From Acidimicrobiales bacterium (GTDB lineage Bacteria; Actinomycetota; Acidimicrobiia; Acidimicrobiales; Bog-793), in NCBI GenBank assembly GCA_050012675.1, contig JBEKGS010000001.1, positions 128,733 through 192,732 of the forward strand: a stretch of 64,000 nucleotides of DNA, written 5' to 3'. How positions within the stretch are numbered: the first letter of the stretch is position 1; each line of letters starts with the position of its first letter. A model generated the notes under the pieces. It saw only the letters and a list, made by a program, of their open reading frames with translations. It was not told where the DNA came from and made no database searches. The position numbers were made by a program, and so were the translations under genes. Of the stretch, positions 1 to 9,485 are shown one piece after another.

Positions 1-745
1 CGCGGCCGCCGGCATGGCCATGGGCGGCCTGCGACCCGTGGTGGCGATCTACTCCACGTTCCTCAACAGGGCCTGGGACCAGGTCTATTACGACGTCGGC
101 CTGCACCGGCTCCCGGTGGTCTTCTGCCTGGACCGCGCCGGCATCACCGGCGACGACGGGCCCAGCCACCACGGCGTGCTCGACATGATGCTGCTGACGA
201 AGGTGCCCGGGATGACGGTGCTGGCGCCGTCGTCGTACGAGGAAGTGGGCAACATGTTGCACGAGGCCCTCGAGATCACCTCGGGCCCGGTCGCCATCCG
301 CTGGCCGAAGAGCGAGGCCTGCTCTGATCCGCATGTGGGTTCCGGGCTGCGGGCACGCAGGCTCCGCGCCGGGTCCCGTGTCTGTCTCATAGGCGTCGGG
401 AAGCTCGTCTCGGCCTGTGAGCACGCAGCGCAGATCCTGGCTGGAAAGGGCGTCGACGTCACCGTTTGGGACGCCCGCGCAGTCGCGCCATTAGACCCGG
501 CCATGATCGAAGATGCCCTGGCCCACGAGCTCGTCGTCTCCGCCGAGGACGGCATCCGCGAGGGTGGAGCGGGGTCCAGGATCATCGCCTCGCTTCGCCG
601 TGCGTCCCCGACTGGCACCGGCCCGGTGGCCGTCAACTGCGGCGTGCCCACGGCTTACCTGCCCCACGGCGACGCCGCCGACATCCTCTCGCGCCTCGGC
701 CTCGACGGCCCGGGACTGACCAGGATGGTGCTCGACAACCTCTGA
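1..745 (+). CDS. dxs: 1-deoxy-D-xylulose-5-phosphate synthase, C-terminal part (5' end lies outside the window)
   Basis: The frame is open from the window edge. The translation AIYSTFLNRAWDQVYYDVGLHRLPVVFCLDRAGITGDDGPSHHGVLDMMLL...LAPSSYEE matches the conserved Dxs transketolase-like C-terminal half. GC3 is high. Confidence 0.9.
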   Translation, partial: AAAGMAMGGLRPVVAIYSTFLNRAWDQVYYDVGLHRLPVVFCLDRAGITGDDGPSHHGVLDMMLLTKVPGMTVLAPSSYEEVGNMLHEALEITSGPVAIRWPKSEACSDPHVGSGLRARRLRAGSRVCLIGVGKLVSACEHAAQILAGKGVDVTVWDARAVAPLDPAMIEDALAHELVVSAEDGIREGGAGSRIIASLRRASPTGTGPVAVNCGVPTAYLPHGDAADILSRLGLDGPGLTRMVLDNL

Positions 746-896
746 GAGACCAGCCACGGCTCGCCCGCTTTACGCCTGGGTCCCGCCGTTCGGACAGGGC
801 AGGCCCGTCGCGGGGCCTCGGGGTGCTCGCGTAACCTTGCCCCGGATCCGTCCGCAAGGCGCGCCTTCCCGTCCCTTAACAGAATCGAGGAACACC

Positions 897-2243
897 ATGG
901 CCCAGGTCGTCTCCGCCGAGGAGGCCACGCCCGTCAACGCCTCAGATGCCCACGTGTTCTACTCCTGGTCGGCACAGGCGCAGATCAAGCCGATGCTCAT
1001 CACGCGAGCCGAAGGCTCCTACGTCTTCGACGACAAGGCCAAGCGTTATCTCGACTTCTCGTGCCAGCTCGTCAATACAAACATCGGCCATCAGCACCCC
1101 AAGGTCGTGGCCGCCATCAAGGCGCAGGCGGACCGGCTCTGCACGGTGAGCCCGCTGCACGCCAACGACATGCGCAACGAGGCCGCGCGCCTCATCTGCG
1201 AGCTCGCCCCCGACGGCTTCAACAAGGTCCTTTTCACCTGCGACGGTTCGGAGGCGATCGAGCACGCGTCCCGCATGGCCAGGCTCCACACCGGCCGGAT
1301 CAAGCTGTTGGCCAGGTACCGCTCCTACCACGGGAGCACGACGACGGCCACCAACTTGACGGGGGAGCCGAGGCGTTGGGCCAACGACCACGGCAGCGCG
1401 GGAGTCGTGCACTTTTTCGGCCCGTTCCTGTACCGGTCCGCGTTCCATTCCGCCGACGAGGCCGAGGAGTGCCGGAGGGCCCTCGAGCACCTGGAGCAGA
1501 CCGTGCTCTTGGAAGGGCCGTCGACCATCGCGGGCATCGTTCTGGAAACCGTTCCCGGCACGGCGGGCATCATGCCGCCGCCTCCCGGCTACCTCGCAGG
1601 GGTGCGCGAGATCTGCGACCGTCACGGCATCGTCCTCATCACCGACGAGGTGATGGCCGGGTTCGGCAGGACAGGGAAGTGGTTCGCATTCGAGAACTAC
1701 GGCGTCGTGCCGGACCTGGTGACCTTCGCCAAGGGCGTGAACTCCGGCTACGTGCCCCTCGGGGGCGTCGTCATCTCCGACCCGATCGCCGCCAGCTTCG
1801 AAGAGCGCGTCTACGCGGGCGGCCACACCTACTCGGGCCATCCGCTCGCGTGCGCGGCGGCGGTGGCGACCATCAACACCATGAAGGAGGAGGCGATGGT
1901 CGAAAACGCCGCCTTCATCGGCGAGAAGGTGCTCGGACCAGGTCTCGCCGAGCTCGCCGACCGCCATGCCTGCGTCGGCGAGGTGCGCGGCCTCGGTGTG
2001 TTCTGGGCCTTGGAGCTTGTGAAGGACAAGGCGACCCGCGAGCCGATCGCTCCCTACGGCGGCACCAGTGCCGCAATGGCGGACCTCGTCCGCGCCTGCA
2101 AGGAGCGGGGCCTGCTGCCGTTCACGAACTTCAACCGGCTGCACGCGGTGCCGCCCTGCAACGTGAGCGAAGCCGAAGCCCGCGAGGGGATCGAGATACT
2201 CGACGAGGCGCTCACGGCCGCCGACGCCTACTGCACGGCGTAG
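897..2243 (+). CDS. Class-III (omega) PLP-dependent aminotransferase
   Basis: ATG at 897 is preceded by GAGGAA. The translation carries class-III aminotransferase blocks (HPKVVAAIKAQ, FTCDGSEAIE, LITDEVMAGFGRTGKWFAFE, TFAKGVNSGYVPLG). The track ORF starts at TTG 837, but ATG 897 has the better RBS. Confidence 0.85.
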   Translation: MAQVVSAEEATPVNASDAHVFYSWSAQAQIKPMLITRAEGSYVFDDKAKRYLDFSCQLVNTNIGHQHPKVVAAIKAQADRLCTVSPLHANDMRNEAARLICELAPDGFNKVLFTCDGSEAIEHASRMARLHTGRIKLLARYRSYHGSTTTATNLTGEPRRWANDHGSAGVVHFFGPFLYRSAFHSADEAEECRRALEHLEQTVLLEGPSTIAGIVLETVPGTAGIMPPPPGYLAGVREICDRHGIVLITDEVMAGFGRTGKWFAFENYGVVPDLVTFAKGVNSGYVPLGGVVISDPIAASFEERVYAGGHTYSGHPLACAAAVATINTMKEEAMVENAAFIGEKVLGPGLAELADRHACVGEVRGLGVFWALELVKDKATREPIAPYGGTSAAMADLVRACKERGLLPFTNFNRLHAVPPCNVSEAEAREGIEILDEALTAADAYCTA

Positions 2244-2433
2244 CCCTCGCCCCGGGCGTTGCGGCAGGTCATGGGGCTGCGGCCAGTACTATTCATCAGT
2301 CGGCCCTTAGGGTGGGGGGACCACCGCTGATGAAAGAGGAGCGTCCGCGATTCAATTCTCCGTCCGAACGCTTTCCCGTTCCGCTGCTCGCGCCCGCGCT
2401 CGCGTCCCCGCCCTTTTTTCGGGGCCAGCGACG

Positions 2434-3459
2434 CTGAGGCGAGCACTCAGGTTTGCCTTCATCGTCGTTCTGGCGCTCTTGTTGGCGGCCTGTGCGGCCG
2501 CCTCACCGTCCGGCACCGGACACGTGACGATCACGCTCTACAACGGCCAGCACATACAGACCACCGACGCCCTCGTGGCGGCGTTCGAGAAGGCGACCGG
2601 CATAGGCGTCGACGTGCGCAACGACGACGAGGACGTCCTCGACGCCGAGATCATCGCGGAGGGGGCGCGGTCGCCCGCGGACGTGATCTTCACCGAGAAC
2701 TCCCCGGCCCTCGAGTACCTGCAGGCAAAGGCCCTGCTCGCCCCCGTCTACCGCTCGACGCTCGAGCACACTCCGGCGCGGTACAACTCACCGCAGGCGG
2801 ACTGGGTCGGCATCTCCGCCCGCGTCAGCGTCATCATCTACAACCCGGGCCTGATCCAAAAGAACGCCCTGCCGACCCACGTCCTCGAGCTCGCCGACCC
2901 CCGTTACAAGGGCAAACTCGCCTTCGCGGCGGGTGAGACGGACTTCCAGCCGATAGTCACCTCTGTGCTGCGCACCTACGGCAAGGCCGCCACCCTCAGA
3001 TGGCTGGAAGGCATGAAGACCAACGCGGGAAGCCACGTCTACCCCGACAACGAGACCATCTCGACGATGGTGAACCGCGGGGTCGTCGCCCTCGGGGTCG
3101 TAAACCAGTACTACTGGTACCGCATGCGCGCCGAGATCGGCGCCTCGAACATCCGCTCGCGGATCGCCTACTTCGCGGCGCAGGACCCCGGTTACGTGCT
3201 CGACATCTCGGGCGCCGGGATCTTGAAGTCGTCCCGGCACAAGGCGGCTGCGCAGAGGTTCCTCGCCTTCCTCGTCTCCGCACGGGGACAGGAGATCATC
3301 GCCCACTCGATCAGCTTCGAGTACCCGATCGCCTCGGGCGTGAAGACCGTGCAGCCCGAGACGCCCTTCGCCGAGCTGAAGCCGAACCCGATCTCCGTCG
3401 GTGAGCTCGGCACCGGTTCGCAGGCGATCAGCCTGCTTCGCGACGTGCAGCTGCTCTGA
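2434..3459 (+). CDS. ABC transporter substrate-binding lipoprotein, Fe(III)/FbpA-AfuA-like
   Basis: ITLYNGQHIQTTDALVAAFEKATGIGV...VIFTENSPALEYL is typical of iron(III) ABC binding proteins. The track ORF starts at TTG 2479, inside a lipoprotein signal. The in-frame CTG at 2434 would give MRRALRFAFIVVLALLLAAC, a complete signal with lipobox. The start is therefore uncertain (2434 CTG or 2479 TTG). Confidence 0.8.
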   Translation: MRRALRFAFIVVLALLLAACAAASPSGTGHVTITLYNGQHIQTTDALVAAFEKATGIGVDVRNDDEDVLDAEIIAEGARSPADVIFTENSPALEYLQAKALLAPVYRSTLEHTPARYNSPQADWVGISARVSVIIYNPGLIQKNALPTHVLELADPRYKGKLAFAAGETDFQPIVTSVLRTYGKAATLRWLEGMKTNAGSHVYPDNETISTMVNRGVVALGVVNQYYWYRMRAEIGASNIRSRIAYFAAQDPGYVLDISGAGILKSSRHKAAAQRFLAFLVSARGQEIIAHSISFEYPIASGVKTVQPETPFAELKPNPISVGELGTGSQAISLLRDVQLL

Positions 3460-3461
3460 CC

Positions 3462-5027
3462 GTGGCAGCAAGATCCGCCCGGCGGCGGCCGAAGGTCCTT
3501 GTCGGTACATCCCTGCTCGTCGTGGCCGTGCTGGCGCTCCCGCTCGCCTTCCTTCTGACCGAGTCTGCCGGTGCGGGCGTGTCCAACGTCTGGCACCTCA
3601 TCTGGCGCTCGCTCACGGCGAGCCTTCTGTGGAACACGGTCCGGCTCACTTTCGTCGTCACGCTCCTTTGTGCGGTGATCGGGACACTCGCCGCATATGG
3701 CGTCGAGCGGACCGACCTGCCCGGCCGGAGCATCTGGGCTGTGCTGGTCGTGGTCCCTTTCGCCATCCCGGACTTCGTCGTGAGCTTCGGCTGGTCGTCG
3801 ATTTCGACCTGGGTGCAGGGCTTCAGGGGAGCGGTGCTCGTCATGACGCTGGCCGTCTACCCCCTCGTGTACCTGCCCGTCGCCGCCAGCCTGCGCGGAG
3901 CCGACCCGGGTCAGGAGGAGATCGCCCGCAGCCTCGGGGCCGGACGTGTGAAGACCTTCTTCCGCATCACCGTCGGCCAGGCGCGCCGGGCCATCTTGGG
4001 CGGGTGCCTTCTCGTGGCCCTCGTCATCCTCGCCGAGTACGGCGCTTTTGAGATCCTCGGGTTCCAGACCTTCACGACGGAGATCTTCACGGAGTTCAAC
4101 ATCGTCGACACCTCGGTGGCCTGTGCCCTCTCGCTCGTGCTCGTTTTGCTGAGCCTCTTCGTGCTCGCGGGCGAGAGCGTCTCGGGAGGACGCGGCCGGC
4201 TGGGCCGCACGGGTCCGGGGGCCCAGAGGGTGCTCACCCGAAGCCACCTCGGTCGCGCGCGCCTGCCCGTGCTCCTCGGTTACTCGCTGCTCGTCCTGGC
4301 CGCTTTAGGGGTGCCGATCGGGTCGTCGGTCTACTGGATCTTCGAGGGCGGTGCACACGCCCTCACAGGAGCCTCGCTCGCCTCCGCCGCGTTGCACACG
4401 GCCGGCTACAGCCTCGGCGCCGCTTTAGTGGCTACGGCGATGGCGTTGCCGGTCGCACTGCTCGTCGCCCGCCACCCCGGGCGGCTGCACCTGTTCTTGG
4501 AGCGCTCCACGTTCCTCGTGCTCGCCATGCCCGGCCTCGTCGTCGCGCTCGCTCTCGCCTACTTCACCACCCGCTACGCGGACAGCTTCGGTTACCAGAC
4601 GGCACCCCTCCTCGTCCTCGCCTACTCGATCATGTTCTTCCCGCTCGCCCTCGTGTGCGTGCGGGCCTCGGTGGCACAGTCACCCGTGTCCCTCGAGGAG
4701 GTGGCGGCCTCGCTCGGGGTGCGCCGCCTCCCGGCGCTCGTGAGGGTGACCCTCCCCCTCGTCGCCCCCGGGGTGGCAGCGGGCTTCTGCCTCGTGTTCT
4801 TATCGGCTGTGACCGAGCTCACCGCGACCTTGATCCTCATACCCACCAACGCCGAGACGCTCGCGACCCAGTTCTGGGCCTATCAACAGAACCTCTCCTA
4901 TGGCCAGGCTGCCCCGTTCGCGCTCGTCATCATTGCCGTCGCGGCCGTGCCGAGCTACGTGCTCGGTCGTTTCTTCGACCGGCTTCCCCGGCGCGGGCAC
5001 GCGCAGGCACCTGTGGTCGTGACGTGA
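3462..5027 (+). CDS. ABC transporter permease, two-domain FbpB-like (iron(III) type)
   Basis: 521 aa and polytopic, with two MetI-like halves. The start lies 3 nt after the SBP stop, and the stop overlaps the ATPase start. Confidence 0.85.
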   Translation: MAARSARRRPKVLVGTSLLVVAVLALPLAFLLTESAGAGVSNVWHLIWRSLTASLLWNTVRLTFVVTLLCAVIGTLAAYGVERTDLPGRSIWAVLVVVPFAIPDFVVSFGWSSISTWVQGFRGAVLVMTLAVYPLVYLPVAASLRGADPGQEEIARSLGAGRVKTFFRITVGQARRAILGGCLLVALVILAEYGAFEILGFQTFTTEIFTEFNIVDTSVACALSLVLVLLSLFVLAGESVSGGRGRLGRTGPGAQRVLTRSHLGRARLPVLLGYSLLVLAALGVPIGSSVYWIFEGGAHALTGASLASAALHTAGYSLGAALVATAMALPVALLVARHPGRLHLFLERSTFLVLAMPGLVVALALAYFTTRYADSFGYQTAPLLVLAYSIMFFPLALVCVRASVAQSPVSLEEVAASLGVRRLPALVRVTLPLVAPGVAAGFCLVFLSAVTELTATLILIPTNAETLATQFWAYQQNLSYGQAAPFALVIIAVAAVPSYVLGRFFDRLPRRGHAQAPVVVT

Positions 5028-6133
5028 TCGACCTCGAGTTGACCGGCATCTCCAAGTCCTACGGCTCCCAAGCCGTGCTACAGGGTCTCGACCTCGCGGT
5101 CGTCGCAGGATCGTTCACCTCCATCCTCGGGCCCTCGGGCAGCGGGAAGACCACGCTCTTGCGCGTGATCGCCGGCTTCGAGCGCGCCGACCGGGGCGTG
5201 GTCCGCCTGGGGGGAGAGGTCGTCGACGACGCTGAGCACTATCTGGCGCCTGACCGTCGCCGTATCGGCTTCGTCCCCCAGGAAGGCAGCCTGTTCCCGC
5301 ACATGTCCGTGGAGCAGAACGTGGGCTTCGGCCTGCCCCGCGGCGAGCGTCGCGGCCGGCGCGTCGGCGAGCTGTTGGACATGGTCGGGCTCAAAGGCCT
5401 CGAGAGGCGTTATCCCCACCAGCTCTCGGGTGGCCAGCAACAGCGTGTCGCCCTCGCCCGCGCGCTCGCGATCGAACCGTCGCTGGTTCTTCTGGACGAG
5501 CCGTTCGCCTCGCTCGACGCCGCCCTCCGGGCCCAGCTGCGCCAGGATGTCCGGCGCGTGCTCAAGACCGCCGGCACGACCGTGCTGCTCGTGACCCACG
5601 ACCAGGACGAGGCGCTCTCGCTCGCCGATCGGGTGGCGGTGATCCACGACGGGCGGATCGGCCAGTGCGACACGCCCATGGCGCTCTACACACACCCCGC
5701 CAGCCCCGAGCTCGCCCTCGGTCTCGGGGAGACGAACTTCCTTCGCGGCACGGCGCGTGGCGGTGGCGCCGAGACCGCCCTCGGTGAGCTCATGATCGAG
5801 GACCGTGCGCACCCCGGCGCCGGCCGGCTCGAGGGCGAGAGCCTCGTCGTCCTCGTCCGCCCCGAGCAGATAGTGGTCTCGGCGGTGCAGGGTGAGGACC
5901 GCCGGACCGCCCGTGTCCTCGACTCGGAGTTCTACGGCCATGACGCCGTGGTGAGACTGCGGGCCGAATGGGACGCATCGCTGACCCTCGTCGCCCGCAC
6001 GTCGGAGGCCGGGTCCCTGCCAGAGGTGGGCGCGCGGGTGGCGCTGTCGGTCCGCGGGCGAGTCGTCGCCTGGCCCGCGGCCTTGCCGGAGAGCCGCACC
6101 CAAGTCGGGGACGGCACCGTGGGCGGCTCGTGA
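5024..6133 (+). CDS. ABC transporter ATP-binding protein (FbpC/PotA-like)
   Basis: GTG at 5024 overlaps the permease stop (GTGA). Walker A GPSGSGKTT, signature LSGGQQQRVALARAL and Walker B LLLDEPFASLD are present. The part of the track ORF upstream of 5024 is out-of-frame overlap with the permease. Confidence 0.9.
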   Translation: MIDLELTGISKSYGSQAVLQGLDLAVVAGSFTSILGPSGSGKTTLLRVIAGFERADRGVVRLGGEVVDDAEHYLAPDRRRIGFVPQEGSLFPHMSVEQNVGFGLPRGERRGRRVGELLDMVGLKGLERRYPHQLSGGQQQRVALARALAIEPSLVLLDEPFASLDAALRAQLRQDVRRVLKTAGTTVLLVTHDQDEALSLADRVAVIHDGRIGQCDTPMALYTHPASPELALGLGETNFLRGTARGGGAETALGELMIEDRAHPGAGRLEGESLVVLVRPEQIVVSAVQGEDRRTARVLDSEFYGHDAVVRLRAEWDASLTLVARTSEAGSLPEVGARVALSVRGRVVAWPAALPESRTQVGDGTVGGS

Positions 6134-6175
6134 CGGCGCGGGCCGCCCGGGCCGGTCCCGCGAGATGATGGTTTC

Positions 6176-7369
6176 ATGACACGCCGCCCCGCCACCTGGA
6201 GGTCGCGCCCGTCGCGAGGGCACCGATACCTGCCGTGCGCGACAGGGGCGCTCCTGAGCGTGCTCTTTGTCTCGTTCGCGCCGGGGACCGCCGCCCCTTT
6301 GGGCACCGAGGCTGTGGCCACGCCGCAGGTCGCGACCCCGAACGTCGCCTGCGCCGGGGCCGGTGCCGTCTCCACCTGGACCCTCTCGCGGCTCGCCTCT
6401 CAGGTCGTCGTCGTTCCCGTCGACGAGAGCGAGGTCGCTTCGGTGGCGCCCGAGGTCGCCGCCGGGGTGGGTGGGGTGATCCTGCTCGGGGCGAGCGCAC
6501 CCTCAGACCTCAAAGCGGCGCTCGGTCACCTCGCCGCAACGGCGCCCGACGGCATCGCCCCGTTCGTGATGACCGATGAGGAAGGTGGCGTGATCCAGCG
6601 CATGGCGAACCTGGTCGGGTCCATCCCCTCGGCGAGGCAGATGGGCGCCACCATGACGACGTCGGAGATCCGCCTTCTGGCCACGAACCTCGCCCGGCGC
6701 ATGCTGGCGGCGGGCGTGACGATGGACCTTGCTCCGGTGCTCGACGTCGACGGCGGCCAGGGTCCCGACAACGAGGACCCGGACGGCACGCGCTCGTTCA
6801 GTGCCGACGAGAAGATCGCGTCGGAGGACGGGCTCGTCTTCGCGGCCGGGCTCGAGGCGGGCGGGATCGTGCCCGTCGTCAAGCACTTCCCCGGCCTCGG
6901 CGGGGCGACGGGCAACACCGACGTCATGCCGGCCTCCACACCGCCGTGGAGCACCCTCAAACATGACGGGCTCATCCCCTTCGAGGACGCGATCGAGGCG
7001 AAGGTCCCGGCGGTCATGATCTCCAACGCCACGGTTCCCGGGCTGACCGGCGTTCCTGCGAGTGTCTCCCCTGCCGTCATCACGGGGCTGCTGCGCCATC
7101 AGCTCGGCTTCAAGGGCCTCGTCATCACCGACTCGCTCTCGGCTGTAGCCCTCAGCGCTGCCGGGTACACGGTCCCCGAAGCGACCGTGGCGGCTTTGGA
7201 GGCGGGCGCGGACATGGTGCTGTTCGACGCGGACCCGACAGCTGTGGCGTCGGTCACGAAGGAAACGATCTCCGCGGTGACGGCCGCTGTGAGCGCGGGC
7301 AAGCTGGGGCGTTCCCGGCTCGTGAGCGCCGTCACTCACATCCTCGATGTCAAGCACTTCAAGTGCTGA
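6176..7369 (+). CDS. Glycoside hydrolase family 3, NagZ/LpqI-like beta-N-acetylhexosaminidase (secreted or lipoprotein)
   Basis: Contains the KHFPGLGGATGNTD motif, the GH3 N-terminal domain only (397 aa), and an N-terminal hydrophobic signal-like segment. Confidence 0.8.
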   Translation: MTRRPATWRSRPSRGHRYLPCATGALLSVLFVSFAPGTAAPLGTEAVATPQVATPNVACAGAGAVSTWTLSRLASQVVVVPVDESEVASVAPEVAAGVGGVILLGASAPSDLKAALGHLAATAPDGIAPFVMTDEEGGVIQRMANLVGSIPSARQMGATMTTSEIRLLATNLARRMLAAGVTMDLAPVLDVDGGQGPDNEDPDGTRSFSADEKIASEDGLVFAAGLEAGGIVPVVKHFPGLGGATGNTDVMPASTPPWSTLKHDGLIPFEDAIEAKVPAVMISNATVPGLTGVPASVSPAVITGLLRHQLGFKGLVITDSLSAVALSAAGYTVPEATVAALEAGADMVLFDADPTAVASVTKETISAVTAAVSAGKLGRSRLVSAVTHILDVKHFKC

Positions 7370-7558
7370 GCGCGGCGGCGCCGCCCCCTCTTTGATCCGG
7401 GCCGCTTTTCTGCCCGGACTGGCGGCGTCCTAGACTCGCAGACAGACCGCTCAAGGTCATCGCTCGCGTTCAGGGTTCCTACCGGCTCCTCGGAGAAGGG
7501 CAGGCCCCGGCCACCTCACATGGTCACCCGGAGACGCCAAGGGCACGGAGGTACCGTC

Positions 7559-8818
7559 ATGGAAACGTCCGAAGTAATCGCCGGCGCCGAGGAGCAAGTC
7601 GTCGACGAGGCAGTCGCCGAGCTCGAGCCCCGTCACACGAGCGACCAGACCTCGAGTCCGGAGATGCGCCACCGGCACCTGCGGGACCTGTTCCGGCTCG
7701 TGGTCAAGTGCGTGCAACAAGGCAGTGCCGAGCCGATCATCGCCTCGTGTCAACAGCTCGCGGCGGACCGCTTCGCGGCAGGTTTCGACATCAGCGAGGT
7801 GCAAGGAGAGTTCAACGTCCTGGAGGAGGTGCTCTGGCGCGTAGTGGCTGAGCACCTGGCCGGCGACCAGCGCATCGAGGCACTCGAGCTCCTCAACACG
7901 GTCTTCGGGGCGGGAAGGGATGCCTTGGCGCGTACCTATGTCGCTCTCGCTGGCAGCCGGAACCCTTCGAAGGACGAGCAGCCCGCCGCGTCGCCAGCAG
8001 GCGACGGCCCGGGTGAGGACCCGGCGAAGGACCTCGTGAATGGCACCCTCGCCATAGAGGTCATGGGCAGGGTAGGCGTCATCACCCTCGGTGACAGGCA
8101 CCGGCGCAACGCCATCAGCGCCGCTTTGGCGAACGGCATCGTGGCGGCGCTCGAGCACTTGCGGACCGAGGACGTGCGCGCGGTCGTGCTCCGGGCGGCG
8201 GCGGGGATGCGCGTGTGGTCGTCGGGACGTGACATAACCGAGCTTCCCCGGGGCCGACGCGACCCGCTCGCCTACAACGACCCTCTCGAGGAGCTGATCC
8301 GTGAGGTGCGCACGTTCCCGGCCCCGGTGATCGCGATGGTGCACGGTTCGGTGTGGGGTGGGGCTTTCGACCTCGTGCTCAGCTGCGACATGGTCATCGC
8401 CGACGAGACGGCGATGTTCGCCATCACACCTGCCAACCTCGGGCTCCCCTACAACACGACGGGGCTGCTCCACTTCCTCGGGCGCCTCCCGATCAACCTC
8501 ATAAAGGAGCTGTTCTTCGTGGCCGCGCCCGTCGATGCCCACAAGGCCAAGGAGTGGCTGATCATCAACCACCTGGTGGAGGCGACCGAGCTCGAGGCCT
8601 ACACCTTGGACCTGGCCGCGACCATGGCGTCGAAGTCACCTCTCGCCATCTCGGTGATCAAAGAGCAGCTGCGCGTCCTCAACGACTACCAGCCCATCGC
8701 GGCCCAGGTCTACGAGCGCATCCAAGGCCTGCGTCGGGAGGCTTACGACTCGAGCGACTATCTCGAGGGCCTGAACGCCTTCGCCGAGAAGCGACAGCCG
8801 GTCTTCCGGGGCACCTGA
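7559..8818 (+). CDS. Crotonase-fold methylmalonyl-CoA decarboxylase-like enzyme (ScpB/YgfG type) with an N-terminal RsbRD_N-like helical domain
   Basis: ATG 7559 is preceded by GGAGG. The C-terminal ~260 aa align by eye with E. coli YgfG/ScpB (GRDITELPRGRRDPLAYNDPL, GSVWGGAFDLV, TPANLGLPYN, IKELFF, PLAISVIKEQLRVL, YDSSDYLEGLNAFAEKRQP). The N-terminal ~135 aa form a helical domain. Confidence 0.8.
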   Translation: METSEVIAGAEEQVVDEAVAELEPRHTSDQTSSPEMRHRHLRDLFRLVVKCVQQGSAEPIIASCQQLAADRFAAGFDISEVQGEFNVLEEVLWRVVAEHLAGDQRIEALELLNTVFGAGRDALARTYVALAGSRNPSKDEQPAASPAGDGPGEDPAKDLVNGTLAIEVMGRVGVITLGDRHRRNAISAALANGIVAALEHLRTEDVRAVVLRAAAGMRVWSSGRDITELPRGRRDPLAYNDPLEELIREVRTFPAPVIAMVHGSVWGGAFDLVLSCDMVIADETAMFAITPANLGLPYNTTGLLHFLGRLPINLIKELFFVAAPVDAHKAKEWLIINHLVEATELEAYTLDLAATMASKSPLAISVIKEQLRVLNDYQPIAAQVYERIQGLRREAYDSSDYLEGLNAFAEKRQPVFRGT

Positions 8819-9485
8819 GCCTGGAGGTCCTGGAACAAGGCGCCCGGAACCGGGTGCAGGCGCCGACGAACAGCTCGAGCGCACGGGCGACTTGAGCTGC
8901 GACCTCGCAGTCGCCGGGGCTTGGTTCGAAGAGCTGCCGCCAGGAGCAGGTCCACGTGCTTGCCCGAGAGAGCTCCCCGAAGCCGCGCAGCCGGCGCAGC
9001 CCCGATGGCCATTCTTGTGACGGGCGTTGTCCCGGCGCCCGACGCAGAGGCGCAACGACCAGAGGAAGAACCGGCTTATTGGCGAGGGCTCTGCGCAGCA
9101 GCTGGCGCGGACCGATCTACCCCGTTGTTCCCACACGTTTCTTCGCAGCCCCGTCGCGCAACAGCCGGCGGTTCGTTCGAGTACGAGAGCCTCGTCGAAG
9201 GTGCCGGTCACGAATCGCGTTTCGGCCGCAACCTTTCATGAACGACAAGTCGACGAGGACTTTCCCGTGCAGATCGTCACCCAGTCCTTGCGTGCAGCCG
9301 ACGACCGCGAGGACCAACTGTTGACCCGCGCGGCGCCTTGGGTGCCCTAAGAGGGCAAAGGCCACCGGCTCGCAACACCGTCACGGACCCGCCATCGTTC
9401 CATCGGGCAACCGAAATGGTTGTCATGAGGATTTCACTGGCTGTTTACTCTGCGACCCCCAATAGTCCTTCCAAAGTGGCGCTGC

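Noticed and set aside
7457-8572. 371-aa minus-strand ORF antisense to the crotonase fusion gene.
   Set aside because: Shadow ORF. The plus strand matches ScpB/YgfG closely.
8819-9485. About 670 bp with several 80-190-aa ORFs on both strands. One minus-strand reading (GPRQLLRRALANKPVLPLVVAPLRRAPG) faintly recalls the N-terminal region of MalT/LuxR-type ATP-dependent regulators, so it might be a degraded regulator.
   Set aside because: No frame stays open with coding-like composition, and the similarity is weak and broken by frame changes. I cannot support a gene or pseudogene call without a database search.
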